Below are positions 21,201 to 34,237 of a stretch of 64,000 nt of DNA, piece after piece (within the stretch, counting starts at the first letter, position 1; every line of letters begins with the position of its first letter). A program made the position numbers and the translations under genes. The stretch is from contig CAWBBG010000011.1 of assembly GCA_963787025.1 (NCBI GenBank), forward strand, positions 61,862 to 125,861, given 5' to 3'. Source of the stretch: an uncultured Chloroflexia bacterium. GTDB lineage: Bacteria > Chloroflexota > Limnocylindria > QHBO01. The notes beneath the pieces were generated by a model. That model was given only the letters and a program-made list of their open reading frames with translations, was not told the origin of the DNA and ran no database searches.

Positions 21201-21687
21201 TCTGCTGGCCGAGGCCGTCGATCGGCTCCGCGGGCGGCACCCGGTGCCCGAGCCGGCCCCGGTTCGGCTGGACCTGCCCGGCTCGGCCTTCCTGCCGGAC
21301 GCCTACATCGCCGATGCCGGGGCCAAGCTGGAGGTCTACCGCCGGTTTGCCGCGGTGCGCTCCACCGCGGACGCGGAGACGCTCCGCGACGAGCTGCGCG
21401 ATCGCTTCGGTCCGATCCCGTCCGAGGTGGAGGGGCTCTTCACCGCGGTGGCCGTCCGACTCGCGGCGGAGGCGGCCGGGGTGCCCGAGGTCCGCGTCGA
21501 TCCCGAACGGGTGACCCTGAAGTGGGCGCGGTACGCGCGGCAGGAGGTCGTCACGGCCCTGATGGCGGCCGGTCTCCGCCCGGTGGCCGGTTCGAACCAG
21601 GTCCGGATCCCGGTCCCCGCCGGACGCGACGGGGTTGGCGTTGCGCTGCGCGCCCTGGCTGCCCTGGCCGGCCGGCCCGCCAGCTAG
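18249..21687 (+). pseudogene. mfd: transcription-repair coupling factor Mfd, split by at least 7 frameshifts between ~19580 and ~21155 (or local consensus errors)
   Basis: Collinear Mfd homology runs through frames 0,1,2,0,1,2,0,1 (GSLSGG|FTHAPSDLLVLTDRELFG; ...EAVA|[12 protein letters not shown]; LSLVG|[14 protein letters not shown]|[13 protein letters not shown]...; ...IAL|[13 protein letters not shown]|[14 protein letters not shown]); GTG start overlaps the pth stop. Confidence 0.85.
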
Positions 21688-21749
21688 GTCGCTCGGCCCG
21701 CCAAGTCGGAGCCCATCGGCACTGCAATGCCGCGCGGCGGCCGCTGAGG

Positions 21750-22187
21750 ATGGCGGCCATGAGCCGTCTTCTCGTCGCCCGTCGCATCGCGCGCCCGGGG
21801 TACGCCTCCATCGCAGTCGCCCTGCAGCTGTTCACCGCGATCATGGCCGTCCCGGTCGGGCTCGCCATGATCCTCGATCCTGACGGCAGCCCCCTCGGCA
21901 TCCCGCACGACTGGATCGCGGGGACGCCGTTCGGGTCCTTCCTCGTGCCCGGCATTGTCCTGCTGCTGATGAACGGCGTGGGGCAGGCCTCGGCGGCCAT
22001 CCTGGTCTGGCAGCGTCACCCGCTGGCACCCTGGGTGACCGCCTTCTTCGCCGTTGGCCTCATGACCTGGATCGGCGTCCAGGTGCTGGTGATCCCGTTC
22101 TCGGTCCTCCAGCCGGTGCTCTTCGCCGTCGGGGCGGTCGAGGGATTCGTGGCCCTCTTCTGGCTCCGCGGAGCGGCCCGCGTCTGA
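21750..22187 (+). CDS. hypothetical membrane protein (4 TM)
   Basis: Hydrophobic segments, GC3-biased frame; start chosen at the internal ATG after the mfd stop. Confidence 0.5.
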   Translation: MAAMSRLLVARRIARPGYASIAVALQLFTAIMAVPVGLAMILDPDGSPLGIPHDWIAGTPFGSFLVPGIVLLLMNGVGQASAAILVWQRHPLAPWVTAFFAVGLMTWIGVQVLVIPFSVLQPVLFAVGAVEGFVALFWLRGAARV

Positions 22188-22213
22188 CCGCGCGCTCGTG
22201 CCATGATGGCGAC

Positions 22214-22738
22214 GTGAATCCGCGACGCGTTCGCCTGCGTGACGTCACGCTTGCCGACGCCGACATGCTCGACGCCTGGGCGGCCGACCCCGAGGCGCTC
22301 AGCGAGTTCAACGACTTCGGCCAGGCGCCGCAGCGCACCCCGCGTGAGGCGCTGCGCGCCGGTCCGCTGCGCAACGATCGCAACGGGGTGCTCATCGTGG
22401 AGCTCGCCGATGGCACGTCAATCGGCACCGTCAGCTGGCACCGGGTGAACTACGGTCCCAGCCCGTCGTCGGACGCCTGGAACATCGGGATCGAACTGCT
22501 CCCGTCGGCACGGGGCAAGGGATACGGGACGGAGGCTCAGCGGCTCCTGGCGGGATACCTGTTCGAGACGACGGCCCTCCACCGTGTCGAGGCCTCAACG
22601 GACGTGGCGAACCTCGCGGAGCAGCGCTCGCTCGAGAAGGCGGGGTATCGGCGCGAGGGGATCCAGCGCGGCGCGCAGTTCCGGGCCGGCGCGTACCACG
22701 ATCTCGTCACCTACGCCCTGCTGCGCGAGGACCCCTAG
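22214..22738 (+). CDS. GNAT family N-acetyltransferase (RimJ/RimL-like)
   Basis: 174 aa; acetyl-CoA-binding region R-G-x-G-x-G (ARGKGYGTEA). Confidence 0.8.
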   Translation: MNPRRVRLRDVTLADADMLDAWAADPEALSEFNDFGQAPQRTPREALRAGPLRNDRNGVLIVELADGTSIGTVSWHRVNYGPSPSSDAWNIGIELLPSARGKGYGTEAQRLLAGYLFETTALHRVEASTDVANLAEQRSLEKAGYRREGIQRGAQFRAGAYHDLVTYALLREDP

Positions 22739-23496
22739 AGCTCCTGGTGACGGAAGCTGAGCAGGGCAGCCGCATACGCCACGCCAACCAGCGCGATGGT
22801 CGTGATCAGGGGAGGGATGAGGTTGTCCACCGGCCCGCCCAGGGCGAGCGCCTGCGCCGGCCCATCCAGGTTCCCCGGTGCCCAGGTCCCGATGGTGGGG
22901 AGTGCGGAAAGCACGGCGAGGACGACCATGGCGCCGATCCCGATTCCTGCCGCTGCCAGCGCGGACCGCGTCAGGGTGCTGCCCAGGAAGGTCAGGGACG
23001 CGTAGGTGACGAGGGAGAGGAACAGGAGCACACACATCGCCGCGTAGCCGCCGACCTGCGGCGCGGTGAAGAGAAACGCGGTGTACCCGTACGCGCCGAT
23101 GCCCGCCACGACGGTGCCGGCGAGCAGCGTTGCGCCGATGGCGGCGAGCTTGGCGGCCAGGAAGGCGCCACGGGAGAGCGGCTTGGTCAGGAGCATGGCC
23201 GCCGTGCCACGCTCCTTCTCCACCGCCACCGACCCCATGGCCAGCAGGATCGCCGCCAGGATGCCGGTCTGGCCAAGGTTCTTCTGGAACTGAACAATGG
23301 CGTCCGCGATCGTCGGGGTGGGGATGACGCCGCCGAACTGGTCGCCCGCAAGCGCCTTGACCAGCTCCGGCGTGTATCGGGCCAGGATGGGCGACCCGAT
23401 GCCGAAGATGGCGAAGACGATGCCCACGACGAGCAGCCGCCACGTTCGCCACTGCTCCAGGAGCTCCTTGCGCAGCAGGACGCGGAAGCCGATCAT
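22735..23496 (-). CDS. ABC-2 family transporter permease (YxlG-like)
   Basis: 253 aa, 6 TM; 4-bp overlap with the upstream ATPase. Confidence 0.8.
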   Translation of the reverse strand: MIGFRVLLRKELLEQWRTWRLLVVGIVFAIFGIGSPILARYTPELVKALAGDQFGGVIPTPTIADAIVQFQKNLGQTGILAAILLAMGSVAVEKERGTAAMLLTKPLSRGAFLAAKLAAIGATLLAGTVVAGIGAYGYTAFLFTAPQVGGYAAMCVLLFLSLVTYASLTFLGSTLTRSALAAAGIGIGAMVVLAVLSALPTIGTWAPGNLDGPAQALALGGPVDNLIPPLITTIALVGVAYAAALLSFRHQEL

Positions 23497-24503
23497 GCCG
23501 CGGCCCCCGCGTTCGTGTCGTCGTGGGCGCCCACCAGCCGGAGGAAGACGTCCTCGAGGGTCGGGCGCTGGCGCTCGAAGCGGACCAGGGCGGCGTTGGC
23601 GCCAACGGCCGCGGCGAGCAGCTCGCGACCAGCCGATGAGCCGTCACCGATGCCGACGCGCAGGATGCCGTGGCTCAGCTCGACCCCGGTCACCCACGCA
23701 GCACCCCGGATGGTGTCGGCCAGGGCGGCGAGGGTGTTCTCGGCACCAGGCTCCGCCTCGAGGATGTACACCGGTTGCGCGTACCGCTCCAGCAGGTCGT
23801 CCATGGCGCCCTCGGTCACCAGCCGCCCGTGGTTGATGATCGCCACGCGGTCGCAGACCCGCTCCACGTCGTTGAGGATGTGCGTGCTGAACAGGATGGT
23901 CGACGTTCGGCCCAGCTCCTGGATCACGGCGAGCATTTCCCGACGCCCCTCCGGATCGAGCGAGGAGACCGGCTCGTCGAGGAGCAGGACGGGTGGACGG
24001 TTCAGGATGGCCTGTGCCACCCCCAGACGCTGGCGCATGCCGCCGGAATAGCCGCCGATACGCCGGTTGGCAGACTGGGTCAGCTCCAGCAGCTCCAGCA
24101 CCTCGTCGATGCGGGAGCGCAACGCGGCGCCACGCATGCCGTAGAGATTGCCGACCAGCTCCAGGAGCTCGCGGCCGCGCATCCAGCCGTGAAAGCGGGG
24201 ATCCTGGTCGAGGTAACCCAGGACGCCGCGGCGGTTGGGCTCCCCGTCGCCGACCGGTACGCCCGCCACGCTCGCCTCACCGCTCTGCGCCCGGGCCAGC
24301 GAGGTGAGCAGGCGCATCGTCGTGGTCTTGCCGGCGCCGTTGGGCCCCAGGAAGCCGAAGATGCTCCCGGTGGGGACGTCGAGATCGAGTCCGTCGAGGG
24401 CCAGAACCTCGCCATACCGCTTGGTCAAGCCGCGACAGCGGACCGCAATCCCGCCGGGTCCGGCATCGTTCTCGACTTGGCTGGATGCCGGTTCGGACGC
24501 CAT
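23493..24503 (-). CDS. ABC transporter ATP-binding protein (YxlF-like)
   Basis: Walker A GPNGAGKTTT, signature YSGGMRQR, Walker B LLLDEP; start uncertain (24503 or 24515). Confidence 0.85.
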   Translation of the reverse strand: MASEPASSQVENDAGPGGIAVRCRGLTKRYGEVLALDGLDLDVPTGSIFGFLGPNGAGKTTTMRLLTSLARAQSGEASVAGVPVGDGEPNRRGVLGYLDQDPRFHGWMRGRELLELVGNLYGMRGAALRSRIDEVLELLELTQSANRRIGGYSGGMRQRLGVAQAILNRPPVLLLDEPVSSLDPEGRREMLAVIQELGRTSTILFSTHILNDVERVCDRVAIINHGRLVTEGAMDDLLERYAQPVYILEAEPGAENTLAALADTIRGAAWVTGVELSHGILRVGIGDGSSAGRELLAAAVGANAALVRFERQRPTLEDVFLRLVGAHDDTNAGAAA

Positions 24504-24507
24504 CGGC

Positions 24508-24708
24508 TCAGGCATCCTCCCGTCCGAACAGGAAGTAGACGAGCGGGCCAAGGAGCTCTCCCAGCACGATGACGATGCCCCAGATCAGCTTGTTGCCGCC
24601 CCTCACCCGCCGGTCCGGCCGGGTGAGGTCGTAGAGGCCGACTCCGATCAGCGCAAGCTGGAGGATGGCCAGGGGAGCGAGGATTGCGATGAGCTGGCCG
24701 GTGGACAC
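24508..24708 (-). CDS. PLD-nuclease N-terminal (PLDc_N) domain small membrane protein (YxlE-like)
   Basis: 66 aa, 2 TM; conserved K-x-x-W...GP..Y motif (NKLIWGIVIVLGELLGPLVYFLFGR). Confidence 0.7.
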   Translation of the reverse strand: MSTGQLIAILAPLAILQLALIGVGLYDLTRPDRRVRGGNKLIWGIVIVLGELLGPLVYFLFGREDA

Positions 24709-24711
24709 CGA

Positions 24712-25383
24712 TCAACCTCCCAATGAGCGGCGATCCGGGTCGGACCGCCAGGCGAAATACGAGTAGACGACAGGCACGATGCCGGCGGCCGCGGCGGCGA
24801 CGATCATGCCATAGGCGAACACGGTCGGCGCCGTAACCAGGGCGAGGACGATGCTCACCAGGCCGGCACCCATGAACAGGTAGCCGCCGAGCCGGTGGGT
24901 CTTGGCCCAGGACTGCTCGCTGGAGAGCGTCCACGGCGTGCGAATTCCGATGAACCAGTTGCTGCGCACCTTGCCCAGGTAGTTGCCGATCACGACGAAG
25001 AGCCCGCCCACGGCTACCACCACGACCCGGCCGATATCGACGGGTGCACCCACCACCGTCAGGGTCGCGGCCACGTGCACCGCGCCCATCACAATCAGCA
25101 CGGCCCCCATGATCCAGAGGCGCGCCGTCGTCGAGCGCTCCTGGTGGTTGCGGCGGGGATCCACGTACGGGATGGCACCGAAGACGATCCCCATCACCAG
25201 GATGATTCCCGGCAAGAGCAGCAGGCCCACGGACTTGGGTGCCCAGCCGTTGGCCTGCCCGTTGATGCCCCAGTGGATCGGAATCTGCGCGCCATCGGGG
25301 ATCTGGCCCCACGCCCACAGGCTGACCGCCAGGCTCCCCAGGAAGACCACGGCGGCGATGACGAGGATGACGCGTGACTTCAT
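24712..25383 (-). CDS. SdpI/YhfL family membrane protein (immunity-protein-like; DUF1648 + SdpI)
   Basis: IPIHWGINGQANGW and NWFIGIRTPWTLSSEQSW signatures; 6 TM. Confidence 0.75.
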   Translation of the reverse strand: MKSRVILVIAAVVFLGSLAVSLWAWGQIPDGAQIPIHWGINGQANGWAPKSVGLLLLPGIILVMGIVFGAIPYVDPRRNHQERSTTARLWIMGAVLIVMGAVHVAATLTVVGAPVDIGRVVVVAVGGLFVVIGNYLGKVRSNWFIGIRTPWTLSSEQSWAKTHRLGGYLFMGAGLVSIVLALVTAPTVFAYGMIVAAAAAGIVPVVYSYFAWRSDPDRRSLGG

Positions 25384-25673
25384 GGCTGCTCCCCTGGGCG
25401 CTCGCTGGCGAGCTTGCCGATCCCGAGCGCCTGCATGAGGGCCAGCATGGCATCCTCCAGGACGCTGACGTTCAGGTGGTAGGTGATCGTCGTGCCGTGA
25501 CGATCGGCCTGCACCAGGTCCGCATCCTTGAGGACCGCCAGGTGGCCCGAAATGGTGGGCCAGGACTGCTCGAACTGGGACGCGATCTCGCCGGCGCTCA
25601 GGTCGCCCCGGCGAAGCAGGGCCAGGATCCTGCGTCGCGTGGGATCGGAGAGCGCCCGATACACGTCATTCAT
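25380..25673 (-). CDS. ArsR/SmtB family transcriptional regulator (SdpR-like)
   Basis: LSDPTRRRILALL...LSAGEIA...ISGHLAVLKDADLV winged HTH; start set at the second ATG (better SD spacing); an alternative start is at 25682. Confidence 0.8.
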   Translation of the reverse strand: MNDVYRALSDPTRRRILALLRRGDLSAGEIASQFEQSWPTISGHLAVLKDADLVQADRHGTTITYHLNVSVLEDAMLALMQALGIGKLASERPGEQP

Positions 25674-25683
25674 TCGTCGCATC

Positions 25684-25693
25684 CCTAATTAGG
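25684..25693. promoter_or_regulatory. perfect 10-bp palindrome CCTAATTAGG abutting the arsR-family gene start; candidate autoregulatory operator
   Basis: Seen directly; lies in the divergent arsR / acnA intergenic region. Confidence 0.35.
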
Positions 25694-25875
25694 TCAACGA
25701 CAAAGTAGCGCGTTGGTCGCGCGCGGTCAAGCGCCGGAGGTCCCGGTCCGTTCGGCCCGGTTCGTGCGGCGGCGTATACTTGACCCTCTCTCGACCCGGG
25801 ACGGGCGCACCCGTCCGGCGCCGAACTCGACGAAGGCCGCGCGGCACCGCGCGGATGACGAAGGAGGCGCTTCCC

Positions 25876-28611
<2,736 letters not shown>

Positions 28612-28625
28612 ACGGCGACGTGAGC

Positions 28626-28662
28626 TTGCAGCGGGGCCGCGGCTCCCGGCCCCTGCTGCTGC
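28626..28662 (+). terminator. GC-rich hairpin (GGGGCCGCGGCTCCCGGCCCC) just after acnA; candidate intrinsic terminator without a U-tract
   Basis: Inverted repeat seen directly about 15 nt after the acnA stop. Confidence 0.35.
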
Positions 28663-28742
28663 CCGCAGCGTTGCCGCTCGGCGGCCGGAGGGTCTAGACT
28701 CACCGGCGGACTGATTTCCTCTCATGCACCCCGGAGTGCCCC

Positions 28743-29273
28743 GTGACCGTCTCCTCGGCCGACGATCTGCGCGCGAAGATCCGCGAGGTTCCGGACTTCC
28801 CGAAGCCCGGCATCCTCTTCTACGACATCACCACGCTCCTCAAGGATGCGGACGCGTTCCGCGAGGTGATCGATCGCATGGCGGCCCAGGTCGCCGACGC
28901 CAAGGTCGACCTCGTGGTGGGCATGGAGTCGCGTGGCTTCATCTTCTCGGCGCCGCTCGCCTACAAGCTCGGCGCGGGCTTCGTCCCCGTCCGCAAGCTC
29001 GGAAAGCTGCCGGCCGAGACGATCGAGGTGGAGTACTCCCTCGAGTACGGCACGGCCACGCTCGAGATCCACAGGGACGCCATCCAGCCCGGCCAGCGGG
29101 TGCTGATCGTGGACGATCTGCTCGCGACGGGCGGCACGGTGATGGGTACCATCGAGCTCGTGAGACGGCTGGGCGGCGAAATCGCGGGTCTCTCGTTCAT
29201 GGTGGAGCTGCCCGTGCTCAAGGGCCGCGAGAAGCTGGGCGAATTCGCCATCAACACGCTGCTCACCTATTAA
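28743..29273 (+). CDS. apt: adenine phosphoribosyltransferase
   Basis: 176 aa; PRPP-binding motif VLIVDDLLATGGT. Confidence 0.9.
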   Translation: MTVSSADDLRAKIREVPDFPKPGILFYDITTLLKDADAFREVIDRMAAQVADAKVDLVVGMESRGFIFSAPLAYKLGAGFVPVRKLGKLPAETIEVEYSLEYGTATLEIHRDAIQPGQRVLIVDDLLATGGTVMGTIELVRRLGGEIAGLSFMVELPVLKGREKLGEFAINTLLTY

Positions 29274-29296
29274 GCACACCGGAAGGCGAGGAACCG

Positions 29297-30154
29297 ATGG
29301 CGGTCGCCCAGTCCGAGCAGACGGCACGAACCATCACCGACCGCGACGCCATCGCGGCGTTTCTCCGCACGGATCGGCTCTATGCCGCCTACGCCATGGG
29401 CGACCTCGATGGGCCGCACCGAAGACGAGCGACCTGGGGCATCGCGTACGACACCTCCGGCAGACCGGTTGCCCTGGCCGAGCACCACGAGGGGCTGGTG
29501 CCACAGCCGCTCTTCCTGATGGGCGACCCCGACGGCTGTCGCTCCCTGCTCGAGAGCGTCGTCAAGCCACGCGACGCCTACTTCCAGGCGAGCGAGCAGC
29601 ACGAAGCGGTGATGCGGTCCTTCTATGAGCTGGAGGCACCCACCGCGATGCTGCGCATGGTCGTGGACCGCGACAGCTTCGTCCCGTTCGCGGGCACGGC
29701 CGAGCGCCTGGCTCCCGCGGACATCGACGACCTGAACCGCCTCTACCAGCTGGGCTTCAGCACGGGCTTTCCGACCTCCGTCCTGGAGGACGGCATCTAC
29801 TTCGGCGTCCGCGTGCGCGGACGCCTGGTGAGCGCAGCCGGGACCCACGTCATCAACCCGCGCGAGGGCATCGGCGTGGTCGGCAACGTGATGACGCACG
29901 CGGACTTCCGCGGCCACGACTTCGCGAAGATGGTGACCGCCGCGGTCACCGCTGAGCTGCTCCAGCGGCTCCCCGACGTGGCGCTCAACGTCCACGCCGA
30001 CAACGACCCCGCCATCGCGGCCTACACCCGCCTCGGGTACCGTGTGCACTGCCACCTGGTCGAACGGCTTGGCCGTCGCCGGTCGGGCGGCTGGGGGATC
30101 ATGCGACCGATACGAGAGGCGATTCGACTGACGTGGCAACGCAATCCGGGGTGA
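29297..30154 (+). CDS. GNAT family N-acetyltransferase (two-domain, about 285 aa)
   Basis: C-terminal GNAT fold ([23 protein letters not shown]); RBS GGAAGGCGAGGAA; overlaps the ahcY start by 22 bp. Confidence 0.7.
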   Translation: MAVAQSEQTARTITDRDAIAAFLRTDRLYAAYAMGDLDGPHRRRATWGIAYDTSGRPVALAEHHEGLVPQPLFLMGDPDGCRSLLESVVKPRDAYFQASEQHEAVMRSFYELEAPTAMLRMVVDRDSFVPFAGTAERLAPADIDDLNRLYQLGFSTGFPTSVLEDGIYFGVRVRGRLVSAAGTHVINPREGIGVVGNVMTHADFRGHDFAKMVTAAVTAELLQRLPDVALNVHADNDPAIAAYTRLGYRVHCHLVERLGRRRSGGWGIMRPIREAIRLTWQRNPG

Positions 30155-31416
30155 ATCCGACAGCGCACGACGTGGCAGACATGGGCCTGGCCGATGCCGG
30201 AGCGCTGAAGATCGAGTGGGCGGACCGCCAGATGCCGGTGCTGGCCGGGATCCGCGAACGGTTCGCGGTGGAGCGGCCTCTTGACGGCTGGCGGATCAGC
30301 GCCTGCCTGCACGTGACTGCCGAGACGGCCAACCTGATGCGCACCCTGGCCGCCGGCGGCGCCGACGTGGTGCTCTGCTCCTCGAACCCGCTCTCGACCC
30401 AGGACGACGTGGCCGCCTCGCTGGTCTCGCATCACGCCATCCCGGTGTACGCCATCAAGGGCGAGGATCGCGACAGCTACTACGGGCACATTGCGGCGGC
30501 GCTGGACCATCGGCCCCAGGTCACCATGGACGACGGCGCCGACCTCGTCACCGCCCTGCACACGACCCGGACAGAACTGCTCGCAGGGGTGGTGGGCGGC
30601 ACGGAGGAGACGACCACCGGCGTCATCCGGATGCGGGCCATGGCCTCCGACGGGACGCTGCGGTTCCCCGTCGTCGCGGTGAACGAGGCGCTCACCAAGC
30701 ACCTGTTCGACAACCGCTACGGGACCGGGCAGAGTGCCATCGACGGCATCCTGCGCGCCACGAACATCCTGTTCGCCGGGAAGAACGTGGTCGTTGGCGG
30801 CTACGGCTGGGTCGGGCGGGGGATCGCCTCCCGGGCCGATGGGTTCGGCGCCAACGTGACGGTGGTCGAGGTCGATGCGGTCCGCGCCCTGGAGGCGGCC
30901 ATGGACGGCTACCGGGTGATGAGCGCGGGGGAGGCGGCCGCCATCGGCGACATCTTCATCAGCGCCACCGGGAACCTGAACGTCTGGGGTCGCGACCACT
31001 TCCCGCGCATGCGCGACGGGGCGCTGCTGGCCAACGCCGGGCACTTCAACGACGAGTTCGAGCTGTCGGCGCTCGAGGAGCAGTCGGTCTCTTCGCGCGA
31101 AGTGCGGCCGTTCACCCGGGAGTACCTGATGGCTGATGGACGCCGCATCTACCTCCTGGCGGATGGGCGCCTCGTGAACCTCGGCGCCGCCGAGGGCCAT
31201 CCGAGCATCGTGATGGACATGAGCTTCGCCAACCAGGCGCTGGGCCTCGAGTGGCTGCGCGCGCACGCCGGCGAGCTCGAGCCCAAGGTCTACGGCATCC
31301 CCGAGGAGATCGACCGCGAGGTTGCCCGCCTCAAGCTGGCGGCGATGGGGATCGCCATCGACCCCATGACACCCGAGCAGCTGGCCTACTCGCAGTCGTG
31401 GGAGTCCGGGACCTAG
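30133..31416 (+). CDS. ahcY: adenosylhomocysteinase
   Basis: 427 aa; SahH signatures ([19 protein letters not shown]-binding [10 protein letters not shown]). Confidence 0.95.
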   Translation: MATQSGVNPTAHDVADMGLADAGALKIEWADRQMPVLAGIRERFAVERPLDGWRISACLHVTAETANLMRTLAAGGADVVLCSSNPLSTQDDVAASLVSHHAIPVYAIKGEDRDSYYGHIAAALDHRPQVTMDDGADLVTALHTTRTELLAGVVGGTEETTTGVIRMRAMASDGTLRFPVVAVNEALTKHLFDNRYGTGQSAIDGILRATNILFAGKNVVVGGYGWVGRGIASRADGFGANVTVVEVDAVRALEAAMDGYRVMSAGEAAAIGDIFISATGNLNVWGRDHFPRMRDGALLANAGHFNDEFELSALEEQSVSSREVRPFTREYLMADGRRIYLLADGRLVNLGAAEGHPSIVMDMSFANQALGLEWLRAHAGELEPKVYGIPEEIDREVARLKLAAMGIAIDPMTPEQLAYSQSWESGT

Positions 31417-31477
31417 CCATCGGTCTGACGCTACACTCGCCGGAGCGCCCCTCAAGCGCCCTGCGAGGACGAGCCGC

Positions 31478-32711
31478 ATGCCCGATCCTGACAGCCTGAC
31501 CCTGTTCACCTCCGAGTCGGTGACCGAGGGCCACCCCGACAAGCTCTGCGACGCCGTTGCGGATGCCGTCCTCGACGACGTCATCGCTCGCGACCCGTAT
31601 GCGCGCGTCGCCATCGAGGCGGCCACCACCACCGGCGTGGTCTTCGTCCTTGGCGAGATGACGACCGATGCCTACTGCGACGTCCAGTCGGTGGTCCGCG
31701 ACACCGTCCGCCAGATCGGGTACGACCATTCCGACCTCGGGTTCGACTGGGAGACCTGCGGCGACAATCGTAGCGATCAAGGAGCAGTCCCCCGACATCG
31801 CCATGGGCGTGGACAACGCGCTCGAGTCACGCGAGGGTCGCGAGCCTCTCGAGCTGGGCGCCGGCGACCAGGGAATGATGTTCGGCTATGCCACAGATGA
31901 GACGCCCGAGCTGATGCCGGCCTCGATCGTCATGGCCCACCGCGTCGCCCGCCGGCTCGCGGAGGTTCGCAAGTCAGGGGAGCTGCCGTTCCTGCGGCCG
32001 GACGGCAAGACCCAGGTGACGATCGCCTACGACGCGGACGGCCGCCCGGTGCGCGCCGACACGGTGCTGGTCAGCACCCAGCACGACCCCGAGGTCGGGC
32101 AGACGGAGCTGGCGGCTGCGGTCCGCGAGGCCGTGGTCGACAAGGTGATTCCCGCGGCCCTGCTGGACCCGATCCACACCCGGTACCTGGTGAACCCGAC
32201 GGGGCGCTTCGTGATCGGCGGGCCCATGGGCGACTCGGGACTCTCCGGGCGCAAGATCATCGTGGACACCTACGGCGGCGTTGCGCGGCACGGTGGCGGG
32301 AGCTTCTCGGGCAAGGATCCGACGAAGGTCGACCGATCCGCCGCCTACTACGCGCGCTACGTGGCGGCCAACGTCGTCGCCGCGGGTCTGGCCCGGCGCT
32401 TCGAGATCCAGGTGGCGTATGCCATCGGCGTGGCCCATCCCCTGGCCATCAACGTCCAGACCTTCGGCACCGGCGTGATCTCCGACGAGCGAATGGTGGC
32501 GATCATCGAGCGTCATTTCGACATGCGCCCGGGATCGATCATCGAGCAGCTCGACCTGCGCCGCCCCATCTATCGCCAGACGGCGGCCTACGGCCACTTC
32601 GGCCGCCCTGACCTCGACCTGCCCTGGGAACGAACGGACCGCGCCGCGCTGCTTCGTGACGCCGCGGGCCTCCCCGGCGACCCGCCGCTGCAGGCCGTCG
32701 CGGCATCGTGA
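31478..32711 (+). CDS. metK: S-adenosylmethionine synthetase; frame broken by a 1-bp indel near 31760-31770
   Basis: N-terminus [16 protein letters not shown]...GFDWETCG in frame 2; continues in frame 0 ([16 protein letters not shown]...[21 protein letters not shown]...); collinear with E. coli MetK. Confidence 0.9.
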
Positions 32712-33361
32712 GCCGGCTCCCGGCGCGCCCTCGCGCCTGGGGCGAACGGACCGCGGGCGGACCCATCGCGCGGCTGGGCCGGTGGGTCCGGGGCGTGATC
32801 GGCGAGCCGGGCACCTCCGCGGCACATGGCCTGCCCGATCTTCCGGCGGTCCTTCGTCGGGATCCGCTCGCGGCGCCCTACCTCGCCGCTGCCGGTGCCG
32901 GGGATCATCAGCGCGCGGCGGAATCGGCAGGCAATGCTGCGGAGGGCGCGATGAGCGCGCGGTCATGGTGGGCTGCCGACGCCTGGTCGCACCGTGCCCT
33001 GTGGCACTACGAGCGCGCGGACATGACCCTGGCGGCCACGCGCACGGCGCGCCGCATCGGTGACATCCGGGTCGCCGGGGGAGACCCGGACTCGGCCCGG
33101 CGCTACTATGCCGAGGCGATCAGCGAGGCCCGGGACATCGGGGCGGAGCACGAGCAGGGGCTCGCGGCCCTGGGCATGGGTCACGCCGAGCTCGATCGCG
33201 GGGATGTGACCACGGCGCGCCGCCTGGCCGGGATCGCCGAGGCGCTGCTCGAGTCGGGAGGTGCCCCGGCGGACGAGATCGAGGCTGCGCGTGCGCTGCG
33301 GGGCGACGAGAAGGCGGTTGAGGCACCGTCCGGCACGGGCGAGAACGAGGAGGAAGGGTGA
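32708..33361 (+). CDS. hypothetical protein, TPR-like C-terminal half
   Basis: GC3-biased ORF; GTG overlaps the metK stop; start uncertain. Confidence 0.45.
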   Translation: MSRLPARPRAWGERTAGGPIARLGRWVRGVIGEPGTSAAHGLPDLPAVLRRDPLAAPYLAAAGAGDHQRAAESAGNAAEGAMSARSWWAADAWSHRALWHYERADMTLAATRTARRIGDIRVAGGDPDSARRYYAEAISEARDIGAEHEQGLAALGMGHAELDRGDVTTARRLAGIAEALLESGGAPADEIEAARALRGDEKAVEAPSGTGENEEEG

Positions 33362-34224
33362 CCGCACGGCACGAGATGCGCGTCGGCGTCGTCGGCGCGG
33401 GGGTGATGGCGGAGGCCATGATCGCGGGACTCCTCGCGGACCGCGCCGTCACCAGTGAGACGCTGGTCGCCTCCCACCCGCGGCGCGACCGGCGCGAGGC
33501 GCTCGCCGCCACGCACGGCATCCGGGTGGTAGGTCGCAACGCGGAGGCGGTCGACGGCGCGGAGATCGTGGTCCTGGCCGTCAAGCCCCAGATGCTCGGG
33601 CGGGTGATGCGCGAGATCGCGCCGGTGCTCGGCGCCGACCAGGTCGTCCTCTCCATCGTGGCGGGCGCGACCCTTGGCGCGCTGGCGGCGGGGCTGGGAC
33701 ATCCCGCGGTGGTCCGGGCCATGCCGAACACGCCGGCCCAGATCCGGCGCGGCATCTCGGTCTGGGCCGCCGCGCCGGCATGCAGCGCCCACCAGCGTGA
33801 CCTGGCGCGCGCGGTCCTGCGCAGCCTGGGATCGGAGCGCCAGGTCGAGGACGAGGGATTCGTGGCCATGGCCACCGCACTGTCCGGGACGGGCCCCACC
33901 TATCTGTTCGCCGTGATGGAGGCGCTCATCGACGCGGGGGTCCACCTGGGCTTCCCACGCGAGCTGGCCCACGACCTGGTGGTCGAGACGCTCATCGGGT
34001 CGGCCGAGTACGCCGCCCGCTCCGAACTGCACCCCGCCCAGCTCCGCAACCTGGTCACCTCGCCGGGCGGGACCAGCGCAGCGGCCATCTACGAGCTGGA
34101 GAAGGGACGCATCAGGACCGTCTTCTCCGATGCGGTCTGGGCCGCCTACCGGCGCACCGTCGAGCTGGGCGAGCGGCTGGAGCGCGAGACGGCGACCGAC
34201 CACCCGGCCGACCGAGTGGGGTAG
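33358..34224 (+). CDS. proC: pyrroline-5-carboxylate reductase
   Basis: NADP-binding N-terminus (RVGVVGAGVMAEAM) and ProC C-terminal dimerisation domain (LVTSPGGTSAAAIYELE); start could be the ATG at 33376. Confidence 0.9.
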   Translation: MTARHEMRVGVVGAGVMAEAMIAGLLADRAVTSETLVASHPRRDRREALAATHGIRVVGRNAEAVDGAEIVVLAVKPQMLGRVMREIAPVLGADQVVLSIVAGATLGALAAGLGHPAVVRAMPNTPAQIRRGISVWAAAPACSAHQRDLARAVLRSLGSERQVEDEGFVAMATALSGTGPTYLFAVMEALIDAGVHLGFPRELAHDLVVETLIGSAEYAARSELHPAQLRNLVTSPGGTSAAAIYELEKGRIRTVFSDAVWAAYRRTVELGERLERETATDHPADRVG

Positions 34225-34237
34225 GCTCACCGACGCT

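Noticed and set aside
21522-21749. N-terminal 76 codons of ORF 21522..22187
   Set aside because: Overlaps the mfd 3' end in another frame and is Arg/Gly-rich; the membrane-protein reading frame plausibly starts at the ATG at 21750
31417-31477. Possible SAM riboswitch upstream of metK
   Set aside because: Only about 60 nt of intergenic sequence with no SAM-I/SAM-IV core motifs
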